The notes under the pieces were generated by a model that ran no database searches, had not been told where the DNA came from, and was given only the letters and a program-made list of their open reading frames with translations. A stretch of 63,719 nt of DNA, the filler included, from Reticulomyxa filosa (taxonomy: Eukaryota > Protista > Foraminifera), in the NCBI GenBank assembly GCA_000512085.1. It is 21 parts of 21 records of this genome, joined end to end, with 100 filler letters (N's around TTAATTAATTAA, not from the genome) between each part and the next. Parts side by side here need not be neighbours in the genome. Positions count along the whole stretch, not along the records: positions 46,268 to 53,635 come from ASPP01011854.1; positions 53,736 to 59,949 come from ASPP01003279.1; positions 60,050 to 61,334 come from ASPP01010506.1; positions 61,435 to 62,619 come from ASPP01004435.1; positions 62,720 to 63,719 come from ASPP01036949.1; 16 more parts are not named here. One strand, given 5' to 3'. The stretch's first letter is position 1; each line of letters starts with the position of its first letter. The translations under genes were made by a program, and so were the position numbers. Below are positions 52,255-63,719 of this stretch, piece after piece.

Positions 52255-53615
52255 TTACAAACCCTGGAAATGATCAAAAAAGTTATTTCCAGGACTACTT
52301 TGTCCAGTTTTGGCGACATTCTGCGTGTTGGAAACTTTTTTGTTGGTTGCATCACCGGCAACTCCTTTGTTAGCGGTATTGGCACCAGTTTGATTTGAAT
52401 TTTTTGAGTTGGAGCCATTAAACAATATGTTAATGAATTCACTTTCTTTCGGTTTTCTATAAGTTTTCCGTCCGTAAGTGATGAGTTTAATTTATAGTGT
52501 GTCAATTTGAGAAATATAAAAAACAAACTAAACGGATTGGAATCGAATTGTACCCAATCCTTGTCGGCGGGTGTAGCCTTTGAGCTAGCCCCACTATTGT
52601 TATTTTTTTGATTGTTGTTTTTATTGTTCGTGTTCGCGGTACTTTGTCCAAAAAAATCGTCCTCCCATGCTGGTGGATTTGCTTTTGGTTTGTCATTCGA
52701 CTGTTTAGGTGGAGAAGTAGTAGGGCTAAAAAAATCTATGAGTGTGTCTTGATTGTTGACAGGAGCGGCTTTGTTTGTATTCGAAGAAGAGGTTTCCAAA
52801 AAATCCAAAGTGAAAGTGGTTTCATTATTCTTTTTGTTGTCCACTGCATTTGGAGTTTTGGTTTTTGGGGGATTGGTTGTAGGAACAGGTTCAAAGAAAG
52901 TGCTCAAATCATCAGTTTCCTGACGTTTCTGTGGTATATTACTTTTTGTGGATCCACCGCGCTCTTGCGAAGTTTTATTCACACTCCCAACATTTGGCTT
53001 TTCCATTGTTAACTACCGTCGGTGTGTTGACTCTGAACAAAGGTTCATCATCGTCCTTTCTTTCCGACAGTGAGGTTGCTGGTGGACGAAATTGTCGGTG
53101 CAAGTGATCAAAAGGAGGGATCATTTTTACTTCACCTCCGACCATTTTTATACGATACGCATTGGGGTTTTTTGCATCAAATTGTGACACCTTTAGTTTT
53201 CCCCCCCCCCCCCCCCCCATCATTAGAAAACAACAGGAAAAAACGTATACGTATATTTTTAAACATGCAAAAAAAAAAAAAAAAGAATTGTAATAAGAGC
53301 TTAAACTTCACTAAAAACGGTACTTCCGGCTGAAGAATCAACAAAATTCAAACCCAACAAATCCGTCAACATGGTTTGGTCATTTTTGTTCATCGAACCT
53401 AAATTGAGATTTGCAAAATCAATACTTGCCATTTTCTCGTCAATCAAATTGGATCTTTTTGCACTTTCCAGGTGTTCCTCTTCTTTGTACTGGTAGTCAT
53501 ACAAATCTTTAAATGCTACGTACAATCGTATTCGCGCTCTTCGCAACTGGTCTATGGTGGTTATCATATTGTACAATTTCGTCGCTCGGTCACGTATTCT
53601 AACAGTTTTCGATCC
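52255..53615 (-). CDS. Epsin/ENTH-type endocytic adaptor, 3' exons
   Basis: VRIRDRATKLYNMITTIDQLRRAR resembles ENTH helices 7-8. The disordered tail carries LIDFF, LDFLE, WEDDFF, WVQF and NPF motifs. One apparent frameshift near 53005. Confidence 0.65.
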
Positions 53616-53735
53616 AAATGAAAAAAAAAAAAAAANNNNNNNNNNNNNNNNNNNNNNNNNNNNNNNNNNNNNNNNNNNNTTAATTAATTAANNNNNNNNN
53701 NNNNNNNNNNNNNNNNNNNNNNNNNNNNNNNNNNN

Positions 53736-53777
53736 TAATATATGTTTTAGGTGTTCAGTTTTCTTTGCAACCTACTG
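53736..53777 (-). mobile_element. Tc1/mariner-type terminus, copy 4
   Basis: Minus strand TA|CAGTAGGTTGCAAAGAAAACTGAACACCTAAAACATATATTA. Confidence 0.7.
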
Positions 53778-54608
53778 TAGCTCCAATTTCAATGACAGTC
53801 TTGTTTGTCTCAATCGCAACAAGATATCTTCATGACATTACCCACATTTATTATTGAAATGCAACAAATCTGATGTCCTTTCTGCAACAAATTTTTTTCT
53901 GACAAACAATTTACAAATCAACTACATCACTTCGCCAAAATTGTTCAAGTTTTGTGCGATAATCATATACTGTACATCTACATACAAACACTGCGACATT
54001 ATATATCTTAAACAAAAATAATCTGACATATTGTAAGTTACTTTCCAATACAAAAATTGTCTTCTCCAACGCGGAAAATTATCTATTAAATCAAAAACGT
54101 ACTTAAATCGATTTTGGTTCAATGACAGTCTTATCACATTTGACACGAATTGTTCAAGTCATCATAGCTATCGATAATACTTGCTCGTCCAACGTATTGC
54201 TTTTACTCAATATTAGCACGGCGTAAGGTTCACTTTGTTCAATATTGCGACTAAATTTGCGATCGACGTCTTGATCATCTTGGTCTATTGCAACTTGTGA
54301 CCCCTTTTTCTTTTGATTCTTGTTGCATGTGTTTTTTTGTGTACGACATTTCCATTCGCTTGTATTGATGCAATGTCTTGTTCTTTGTTATCAGCTACGT
54401 TTTTTGATCTTTCGAGCTTGTTGATAACCTCGATTTTGATAATGATGATTCTTTCACTCGTTTTTCTATCTCAGACAGTTTTTGCATTACATATTCTTGA
54501 TCTTGTTTATTGCTTAACTCTTCCATCATTAATGCACTTTCTCGTTCTTGCATTACTGACATTACCGGATTCGATTGCAGTAGCAGTGTATGCCAAATGT
54601 AGGAATAT

Positions 54609-54781
54609 TGAAACGACTAACTGTAATGCGAAAGGAACTTAGTCCAAAAAAGCTACTTCAGTAAAAGGAAAACAAGTAAAGAAACACACAAAATTGAGTT
54701 GCGTTGTGAAGAGGGTTTTAACCCACCGGAGGTCCCACCGTTCCATTAGTATTTGAGATTGTATAATAGGGACTTGCCCTA
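54609..54781 (-). repeat. Dispersed diverged repeat block with a TAGGG-N5-CCCTA hairpin, copy B
   Basis: Minus strand TAGGGCAAGTCCCTA...TTACTGAAGTAGCTTTTTTGGACTAAGTTCCTTTCGCATTACAGTTAGTCG. Confidence 0.6.
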
Positions 54782-55418
54782 CAATGTTACACTTTCTAAC
54801 TTTGTCCTTCCATTCGATTGTAAAATCATATTTAAATCACAAATTATTAATAATCCACTCTGATCAGCCCATATTCTTTCTTGCACAGATGATAAGAGCA
54901 ATACTGATAGCTTTTAGCACTTCCACACGCCGGTATTTCTTTTTTAATAGAACACATTGTGCTTGATGTATTGCACTTGGCAAATTCGGAAGTTTTGAAG
55001 GATTAAAAAAGGAAGTAAGTGAGTTTTATCTTTTGGTTGATGCATGTTTTAAAATGAAATCTAATTCTTTCAGTTTTTTTAGGGAAATAAGACTTGCAAA
55101 TTTTCTTTTTTTAAGACAAGTAGCTCTTTGAATGGCTTTTCTTTTCTTGTAGTTTGTGCAAAAGACATCTTACAGCAAAAACAACAATCAAATATTGAAA
55201 ACCCTTCAATACAAAGTTTTTAGAGTAAAGCAAAAATCCATATTGAAAGAATAAGTAATATGTGATAAAGACAAAAAATGTGGGATAATTTTAATTAAAA
55301 TGTTAAAGCTTTGCAAAGTTTTTTTGCTTATTAAACAAAATTTTACCAACTAACAGTTGGAACAGGGTATTTAACTCTTCTTTTTAAATATACATTAATA
55401 ATAAATAAAAAAAATAGT

Positions 55419-58178
55419 ATGTCATCAGAAAAAGTGAGGAGTTTTCTAACCTATTTGTTTGATGGCTATACGATAGCAGTATCCATAGCAGATGTAGTGA
55501 CAGACGTGTTAGTAATGAAGCAGTACTACGAAGCAAATGAAATAGTATTTTTTTGGATTGGAGTGAGCAATCTGATGACAGCTCAACTGTGTTATTGTTC
55601 AGTATTTGTGATGCGCTATGGTTCAAACAGATCTTGTTTGCAACAGGCACTGCTCTTTTTATTGGTGTTGCCACTGTCGCCATTGTTATCATTTGTGTTT
55701 TATTGGGCGTCCTTACCGAACAACTCCTTGTCCAAATTATTTAGTTGGTTGGGTCTGTCCTCGCAAGAGTACACCGCAATCTCTACACTACTGGAAGATG
55801 AAGAGGAAAGAATGAAAAAGAAACAGACATACGAGAGTGGATACGTGAAAGGATATTCAAAAATATGGGGTTTATATTAGAAGCGGCGGTGGAAGCCTTT
55901 CCTCAAAGCTTGCTTCAAATGTGTGCGTTGGTGTACACATCCAATGTCAATTGGATCACTCTTTGCTCTATTTTTCTATCTTTGATCAGTTTTGCGACCA
56001 AGTCAATTATGTTCAGTCAGTCCATGAACTTGTGGGTCTCCGTGTTTAATTGGCTTTCTGCCATGTGTGATTTTGTTGGCATCTTTGTGACGATGAGTTG
56101 GGTATTTTACACAGCTCCATCATCATCGTCCTCGTCACTCGCAGATTGGAATCCATCTGCTTGGAATGAATCTTTGAAGATCCCATACTTGGACAAATAC
56201 TTTGTACCGATTTCGAAATTGTCGTGGTTGGGCCAGCTGTGGTTCGCTAAAGTCGCTGTTTGCAGCGTTCCTTTCCTCATCCTCGTCATCATCCCGTTTG
56301 TTCTCGAACATATTTCTAGGGCTTATGAGAGAGCCATCGTTGGTGCCAATGGGCTCTATTTGTCAACGGCGAGGCGTGCTGTCTTATTCTTAGCCTACTT
56401 CACATTAGCCGTCTTCTTCTTCTTGGGTGCTTTCAGCATCTCCATTTTCATCGTCGAAATACCCTTATTCGGGGGGTTGGCCTTCTATTTGTTCCTAACC
56501 AATGCTTCCCGTTACAGGTAGAAATATCGACAGCAACTCTATTTTTCCTTTTCTCTTGAATTTTCAGATATCGCACAGCCAATCAAAAATTGAAAGTGCT
56601 TTTTTTTTTTGATTGGGTGCCTTTTTTTTTGAGGTTACAAAAACACACAAAAAAAAAAAAAAAAGTAATTATGATCGAGTCTTGTGGACAAAGTCAATGG
56701 AGTTTGTTTCTGACTCACCATTTCGCTACCGATATTGGAAATTCTTGGGACTGATGCTGAGTTGCTGTTGCTGTAACTGGCGTTATTCGCGGCGATGTTG
56801 TTGCTGTTGCAACTGCTGCTGTGTAGATTGCAGGTGCAACAGGTGTTGCAGCGGTTCGATCAGTTACGCTTGCTGCGTGCCGTTGCCGAAGAAAGAGCTA
56901 AGGTTGGAAAGTCATAGCAAGTACAAGATCGACACGACAACTTTCTACTTTGAAAAATGTCGGCTGCCTTTGAGAAAAGATTACCCTGCCCTTCCACAAA
57001 GAAGCCAAATGATATCGATTTGCCCCGAGTTTTTGCTGGAAGAGTCGTACTTCAACCGTGTGTTCCACGACACAGCAGTGAGAGTGGCCTTGCTCAACTG
57101 GTTTCTCACGAGCAAGCGTATCGGACACAACTGGAAGCTGCATGCGTTCCTGACTCATTCAATGTTTGGTGACTATTGGAATGTGTTTCCTCCCTTGTCT
57201 ACTTCGTCATCCTTGTTCGCCGCGTCGGCACCCCCTTCTTTGTTGCCCTATGTCTGTATGGACGATTACTACCACGTGACCGCTATCAACAATGACAACG
57301 AACAACTCGAGGACGAAGATCCGTTAATCAAAGAGAAGAAGGAAGAAGAAGAGGAGGAGGAGAAGCTAAACATAACAAACGAAAGTGAAAAGGAAGACAA
57401 GAGCCTGTTTTCTTGGAAACGCTTGACGTTTGCACATTTGCGGTACTACAGTGAGTTGGTCGAAGCCACGTCATTTGGGGGGATGTTTTACGAGCTGTAC
57501 TTTATATCGCTTCGACAAGTGAAAAACAGTTTGCGAGATGCGATTATGCGAAATGACGTGGAGCAAATCCAAAGCTATCAAATTGTGTTACCTTGGGTCA
57601 AAGCGATGACGTACTTCTTTGTGCCGCTCTATTTGTTCGGACGTGTGCTTGCCCTGTTTTTCCCTTACTTTTGTCTCATGTATCACTCGGTTGCTCTCCG
57701 TTGCTGGGTTTGGTGTGTCGACCCGTTGCAGCTGTCCTTAACTGCGTTTTACACTTTGCTACTTTTCGTATTACTTTTTGTCGTTGGACCGTATACGTTT
57801 TGGTGGTATTGGTTGTCTTGGCACATCTCTCCTGGAGATCACACCAGTCCTTCGACGTATCACATTCAGTCCCATTATCATAGCCTCATCTCCGATCTAC
57901 ACAACACTTATATCACACTTGTCACCCAACCAAAAAAAGAAGACATCATTTACAATATGTTTGGTGCCGATGTGGCCAGTGTCATCTTGTCCTACTTACC
58001 GCTCGACTTTGATCGAGATCGTCTCCGCTGGTATCTTCATCGCTTCGATCAATCCCCGCAGTCCAGACCCTGGATCAATTGTGGCGTCTTGGAGCTTGAC
58101 GAAATCAATCCTAATGCTGCTTCGGACCTCTTGTTTTTTCTTAATGCTACTTGTTTGTTTGCGCATGTGTGTTGCTAA
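55419..58178 (+). CDS. XK-related (Xkr) scramblase-like membrane protein with a long C-terminal extension
   Basis: SIADVVTDVLVMKQYY...FFW and FILEAAVEAFPQSLLQ are XK-family motifs. Frameshift at about 55808, intron at about 56518-56665, a poly-Cys tract and extra transmembrane segments. Confidence 0.75.
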
Positions 58179-61100
58179 CGTTTTTTGTAAGGTACTTTAC
58201 AAAAATACACTTGCTAATTATCTCTTTGACATCTTTTTTTCTCTTGTTGTGTTTTGTTTTGCTTTGCTTTTTCTCATCTGGTTATCTCTCAAAATGGCCA
58301 ATGGTTTTCTTTTTGTAAATGTTATTCTTTTTGTCAATGTTTTGGTTTTTCCAAAAAAACTGCCAAAGTGCATACCCACTGGTCACCTTTTGGGGTTTCC
58401 AATTTAACAGAAAACACTGTGCCATTTTATCTCAAAGTGCAACCAGTCCTTGTCCAATCGAGAGGAGAACTGACGACTCGTAATTTGAAATGTAATACGA
58501 GTGCTTGTCTTCTTAAGGAAAGTTCAACAGCAAAACGAAGTTTAATTAAACGAAAAGAAAGGATAAAACAGGGAAACAAGTCGGTAGAAGAAGAGCAAAG
58601 AAGTTTTTGAGGAAAAAGGGGACATTCTCTTGAAGCGTCTTAATCTTATAACAACTTTTATTTAACAAAATAATAAACCACAATTAAGATTTACTTCCAT
58701 GAAAATGACTATTTAAAACTTATTTTTGTAATAATTTTTTAGTTTTAAATTCTAGAGGTCATATTTCAATAAATATGTGCTTCTAAGCAATAGTTAGTCA
58801 CAAGTGACTCTAAACATTTCCTTTTCTATCATTTTTTAAATCCTCGTTTAAGGCTCATTCTAGAGCTTTACAACCAACAGATTGGCAATCTTTCATTTAA
58901 TTTCTTATTTGAAAAAATCAACACAGAATTTCTATCCTTTGCCACAGTTCGGATTAACAAACAATATATTTTTTTCGAAGGTTACATTATATCATTGTTT
59001 ATTTTTTTATGATGTGGTTAAAAGTAAGAAAACCAATCAATATAATAAACTGAATGAACACTACACGTTATTGTTTTATTAAGTTTTTTATTTCTTTGGC
59101 AGATACGGACTTGAGCCTCTTGCATAAATAATTCTCTTTTCTTAGAATTTTCTTGGTCATTAGTGGCTCTTCTCCATAGAATAACAGGCTTTTTTTAAAG
59201 TGTTAACCAATCTTTTTTTCTCCTTTCATATCCGGTATTATTTCAATCTTTTTAGAATGTTCTTTTTGTGCATCTCTTCTCTTCTATCCAAATAATTTTT
59301 ACTACAAAATTGTAATATTTGATACTCTCTGTTAGTCGCTGTATCAATGTAATAATTTGCGATAATTAAGATTTTCTTAAGAAAAGAACAAAAACTCATA
59401 GCTTAGTTATGCTCCAATTTTTTCCCTCGAAGCAAAACAAAGAGTGTCAAATGACCAATTTTCCTTTTTGCTAAAAAAAATTGTGTTTACAAGCCCCTAC
59501 ACCACAAACTTGACCCCCAAAAAAACAGCACCGTAGTGAGACCACTTCTAATAATTTGTCTCTAGTAACACAACCAAACCAAACTACAAATCAAATCAAC
59601 CAACGAAACAAATAAAACGTGAAACGGCTAAAATTTGTGCTAACAGATGTATCGATACAGAAAAAAAGAAAGGCACAAAAATGAGGAGGAAAAAAAAAAA
59701 GGGGGCGAAGAGGAAGAAGAAAGGGGAAGAAAACGACAGTCCAAGTTTTGCAATTTAGCGCACTCAAGATTTTGTGTGCCGAAGATGGCCACAAAAATTA
59801 GCACAGCTACCCTTTACAAAAACCATATTGTATTTCTACTCAAAAAAAAAAAAAAAAAAAAGAACGACTTCTTTTGAAGCAGGACAAACATAAAAAGAAG
59901 AAGGGGAGAAAAAAAAAATTGTATAAAAACTTGAAATAATTTTACAGCCNNNNNNNNNNNNNNNNNNNNNNNNNNNNNNNNNNNNNNNNNNNNTTAATTA
60001 ATTAANNNNNNNNNNNNNNNNNNNNNNNNNNNNNNNNNNNNNNNNNNNNAAAAAAAAAGACCCTTTTTTTTTTTTATTATATAAAAAAAAAAAATGTAAA
60101 AATTTTTTTGATGATTACCACAATGTATGGTGACTTTTGGATAATTCCATGCAAAGCACTATGCAAAGCACATACGACCATGCGCCCTCTGACCACGCTG
60201 AAAAACCAAATGCAGTACTTGGCCAACCACTTGCTGATGAGTGCCAACACAATGCAATAGCGACATAAAAAACGCAGGCTTGCCAACGTGTGCGAAGAGA
60301 GTGACGAATCCGATACGTAGTTTGGATTTTTCCCAAATATACTTCGGAAATAGTTCGTCGTTTGCAGCAACGCAAATGTATGCGTGCCAAAAAATAATGT
60401 ACTCGAGATCAATGAAAATACCAATGATCCACAAAATGCTCCAAAAGCTGCCGGGATTTTCAAACATTTTTCTTTGCGGACAAAAAACAATTCAAACAAC
60501 CAGGAGAGAAGAAGTCCCACGTTCATGCAACACAAGCCAACACCAAGCAATTCTGCGGAGAGGGAGAGAACATCCATTAACATCCTCCAACGTTTTCAGT
60601 TGACAGAAGAACTGCAAGCAATTTAAAAAAAAAAAGGGGTTTACAAAAAAAAACTCTTCAAAACTAGAGTTGGCTTGTTTGAGTTAATCTTGGAGACGTT
60701 TTAAATCCTAATTTTACGCATATTTTGATTTATTTGGCAGAAATGATTTATTTCAATAGAAGGAACCAACACTGTACCCACAAGTTGTTACTTTAATTGA
60801 ATTCTTTTTTTTTTTTTGAGAGAAAGAAAAAACTATTTGAAGGTTGTTTATGCTAAATTTAATTTGAACTCTACGAAATGGCATAAAATATATTTATGAT
60901 AATACTATTTAAAAAACAAGAAGACACTGCAAAATAATGCAAGCTAAGTGGCTCTGTTTCAAGATTTGAGAATTTGAGTAGAACGATCTACCACTCACAG
61001 CCATCAACCAGAGCTTTGCAAATCTGTTCTAAATATTTGCGATCGATGTCGTCAAATCCATTTTTTACTGGAGAGTCCAAATCAAAGACACCCAATAATC

Positions 61101-61434
61101 TATTTGAAATCGATCACAACAACTTTTTAAACTTTAGTGATCCAAACACCTGAGTTCAACTCAACTGTGTTTCCTTGTCATTGATATGTTTAAGCAGAGG
61201 GATCACAATTTCGGATTCACTTGCAGAATCGCAAGCAATGTGACCCTTTTAATTTTGTTTGTTTGCAAGTATTTATGGCAGATGAAGGAGGAGGGGGGGG
61301 AGAAAGAGAAAAAAGAAAAAAAGGAATGCACTTCNNNNNNNNNNNNNNNNNNNNNNNNNNNNNNNNNNNNNNNNNNNNTTAATTAATTAANNNNNNNNNN
61401 NNNNNNNNNNNNNNNNNNNNNNNNNNNNNNNNNN

Positions 61435-61960
61435 ACAAGCACCTATTATCTTTGTTGGATTGTCCAGGATCGACTAACACGATGCAGCAACTTTTGCAGC
61501 GATAATGTCAAAAATAAAACTAATCTTTCTGCTTCTCGTTCTCTATCTTCACCAATGCCAAATGTCGCTTGCGAGTTCACAATTCATCATATTAGCACAC
61601 TCATGAACAAAGATCCAAAGTTGCGCATACGCGCACGTACACTATCGGTCTTGATATGAGCGATCGTCTCCTATCATCGATTGTTGCGCTTCCATAATGT
61701 CGGCGCAATTTTCACAACATTTAGTTTCACTCGGTCGTCGGCACTATCTTATTGCTTTGCCACTACAATAATAATCCACAGATACTTGTTCGCCACCAAC
61801 GTAGGCACACAAATCTTTCTAATGTTTCTGATTGTCATTTTACACATTGCCACACTTGCTCATCATTTCAATTGAGGCGCAATATTTGAAGTTAGTCCAT
61901 GTCTTGAAACGCGCAAAGTCTCCACTCGTGAATATCCATTCCATCCAAAACTTTTTTTAA
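61435..61960 (-). pseudogene. Possible HEAT-repeat (PP2A-A-like) remnant
   Basis: DSADDRVKLNVVKIAPTL-like fragment among many stops. Confidence 0.2.
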
Positions 61961-61999
61961 AAATAAATCAAATGCGGCGGCCTTGAGATCATCTGCTGT

Positions 62000-62335
62000 T
62001 GCTGTTCCCTTTTTTTTCTCTTCTTTCTTTTTCTTTCTTTTTCTTTTTTCTTCTTATTTTTTATTTTTCTCTATTTTTTCCATTTTTCTTTTTCTCTTTT
62101 TATTCTTTTTTAAAACCTTTTTTCCAATTGTCAACTTTTATTTTATTTTTTTTCACAATCTTTTTTTCATTTCACAATCTTTTTTTTATTTCACAATCTT
62201 TTTTTCATTTTTTTTTCTTTTTCTTAATAAAAATTTTTCCACTTTTTTTCTTTATTTTTTTCCATCACTTTTTTTCAATCATATTTTTTCACTCCCTTTT
62301 TTTCCCACACAAATTTTCCCTATCTTCAAATAAAA
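62000..62335. repeat. T-rich low-complexity tract
   Basis: Runs of T with short TTTCACAATCTTTTTTT repeats. Confidence 0.8.
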
Positions 62336-63498
62336 ACAAAAATAAAAACAAAAAAAACATTCCACTCTTTTGCTCTTGCTCCTATAAAGACATTCACAAA
62401 CTAAAATAATTTTTTCATTTTTTTTAAAGAAAAAAAACAAAACTTGACCTTGGAGCTTAAAGCTCCAATTCCAATCTTCCTATATTTTTCTTTGTCACGG
62501 GAGGAGGGGCACAAACATTTTTTTTTATGGGGGCATGCCTATTCACAAGCACAAACATACGTTTTATTAAAAAAAAAAATATATATATAAACCTTTTAAT
62601 TTTTTTTGAATGCAGGGTANNNNNNNNNNNNNNNNNNNNNNNNNNNNNNNNNNNNNNNNNNNNTTAATTAATTAANNNNNNNNNNNNNNNNNNNNNNNNN
62701 NNNNNNNNNNNNNNNNNNNAAAAAAAAAAAAAGCTTTAATGAACTATTGTGCTCATTTGCGTTGCCTTTGTGGTTATTCCCAATAACCGCGGGAGGAATG
62801 GGCACTACACAAATACCACCGTTTCCATTGCAATTGTTTCCGTGATTTGTTTGAGTCATCTTTTGTAGTGTTGGCTTATTTATTTGTTTTAATCAGTTTG
62901 GTTCGTATAACAATACATTAAGTTGCAACGACGATTGGCATCAATATAGTTGAACTTTCCTCATAATTCCACTCCTTCTTCAATAGTGAAATTTGCTCAC
63001 TACGAGATAGGGAGGAGTGTAAAATGTACAATATAACTTGTTTATTGCATCCACTAAAGTAAGCGAAACAAAGTATAATTCATCAGCGAATTGCTAAAAT
63101 GTTTTATCTCTTTTTTTTGAAAGATGTCTTTTCATTCCTGATATTTGTTATTCTACTTCTTATAAAAAATCTGGCAGCTTTTTTTTGCGATACAGATTCA
63201 TTTTTAATGATATCAACACGAGGGTAATATAATGTAATCTTTTTTTTTTTTGCGCACATCAGAAATGACTGCCTAAAAATTAGAGAGCGCAAAAATTGCG
63301 TTTGGTGATATCTGCGCTTGTAAAAAATACTAATGAAAGTGCTCAAACAAAAACACATTGCCTCTGTGTCAAAATTTCTCTGATCCGATAATTACGCCGA
63401 ATGTTCAAGAACAAGTAAAAACGAAAGTTAAATAAATTAAAAACATATGAAAAAAAGTTCCCAAAAAAGTTTGTTGGTAGTGCCCCCATGAGGTCAGC

Positions 63499-63718
63499 TT
63501 AAAACCATTTCTGTGCACAGTGTCGCATAACACAAATATAGATAGTTAAAACACAAAAATGAAAAAATGATGCAAAACGAAACTTGAAGCGAGTTTGAAT
63601 GGCCATTCGTGTTCAAATCTTTTTCATTCACAGCATTTTGTCCATTTTCTCGTAGTTGTATCACAACTTTGGCTAATGCTTCTGGGTTGATCTCTAACTC
63701 GCACAGTTTAACAAGGAT
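63499..63718 (-). CDS. MZT1: Mitotic-spindle organizing protein 1 (MOZART1), 3' part
   Basis: ILVKLCELEINPEALAKVVIQLRE matches the MZT1 core (LCE.G.NPEAL..V..ELR). Probable intron at 63583-63511, then KWF*. Confidence 0.8.
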
Positions 63719-63719
63719 T

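Noticed and set aside
61983-62409. Phe-rich ORFs
   Set aside because: Products of a T-rich low-complexity tract.

Overview
This window is not one locus. It is 21 short contigs joined by an artificial 100-nt linker (N44-TTAATTAATTAA-N44), so adjacency across linkers means nothing biologically. Twenty contigs are AT-rich eukaryotic DNA with short GT-AG introns full of poly-A/poly-T and (TA)n/(CA)n tracts. The gene content and the decayed WD40, Kelch and TRAF-like paralog families resemble the foraminiferan Reticulomyxa filosa (inference, not a database result). Recognisable genes are a PrsW-like membrane protein, a broken GH79 heparanase-like gene, a GYF_2 protein, TMEM70, an ankyrin/zinc-finger protein, PRA1, a GT4 glycosyltransferase, a SAM-RhoGEF, an atypical TxH MAPK, PKA-C, a WDR7-like protein, ACSF3, glutaredoxin, a CAP-Gly protein, an epsin-like ENTH adaptor, an XK-related scramblase and MZT1. 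One contig (36871-38435) is a GC-rich, intronless alphaproteobacterial nuoL fragment. The most notable unannotated structures are: four TA-flanked copies of a Tc1/mariner-type terminus, two of them about 1 kb from a shared hairpin-containing block; a second hairpin-ended inverted-repeat family at 48.7-51.8 kb; a micro-inversion plus 20-bp duplication that flips the conserved LDWW motif of the GH79 gene; and poly-A tracts in place of polypyrimidine tracts at several splice acceptors. I found no single, clearly novel multi-gene system.
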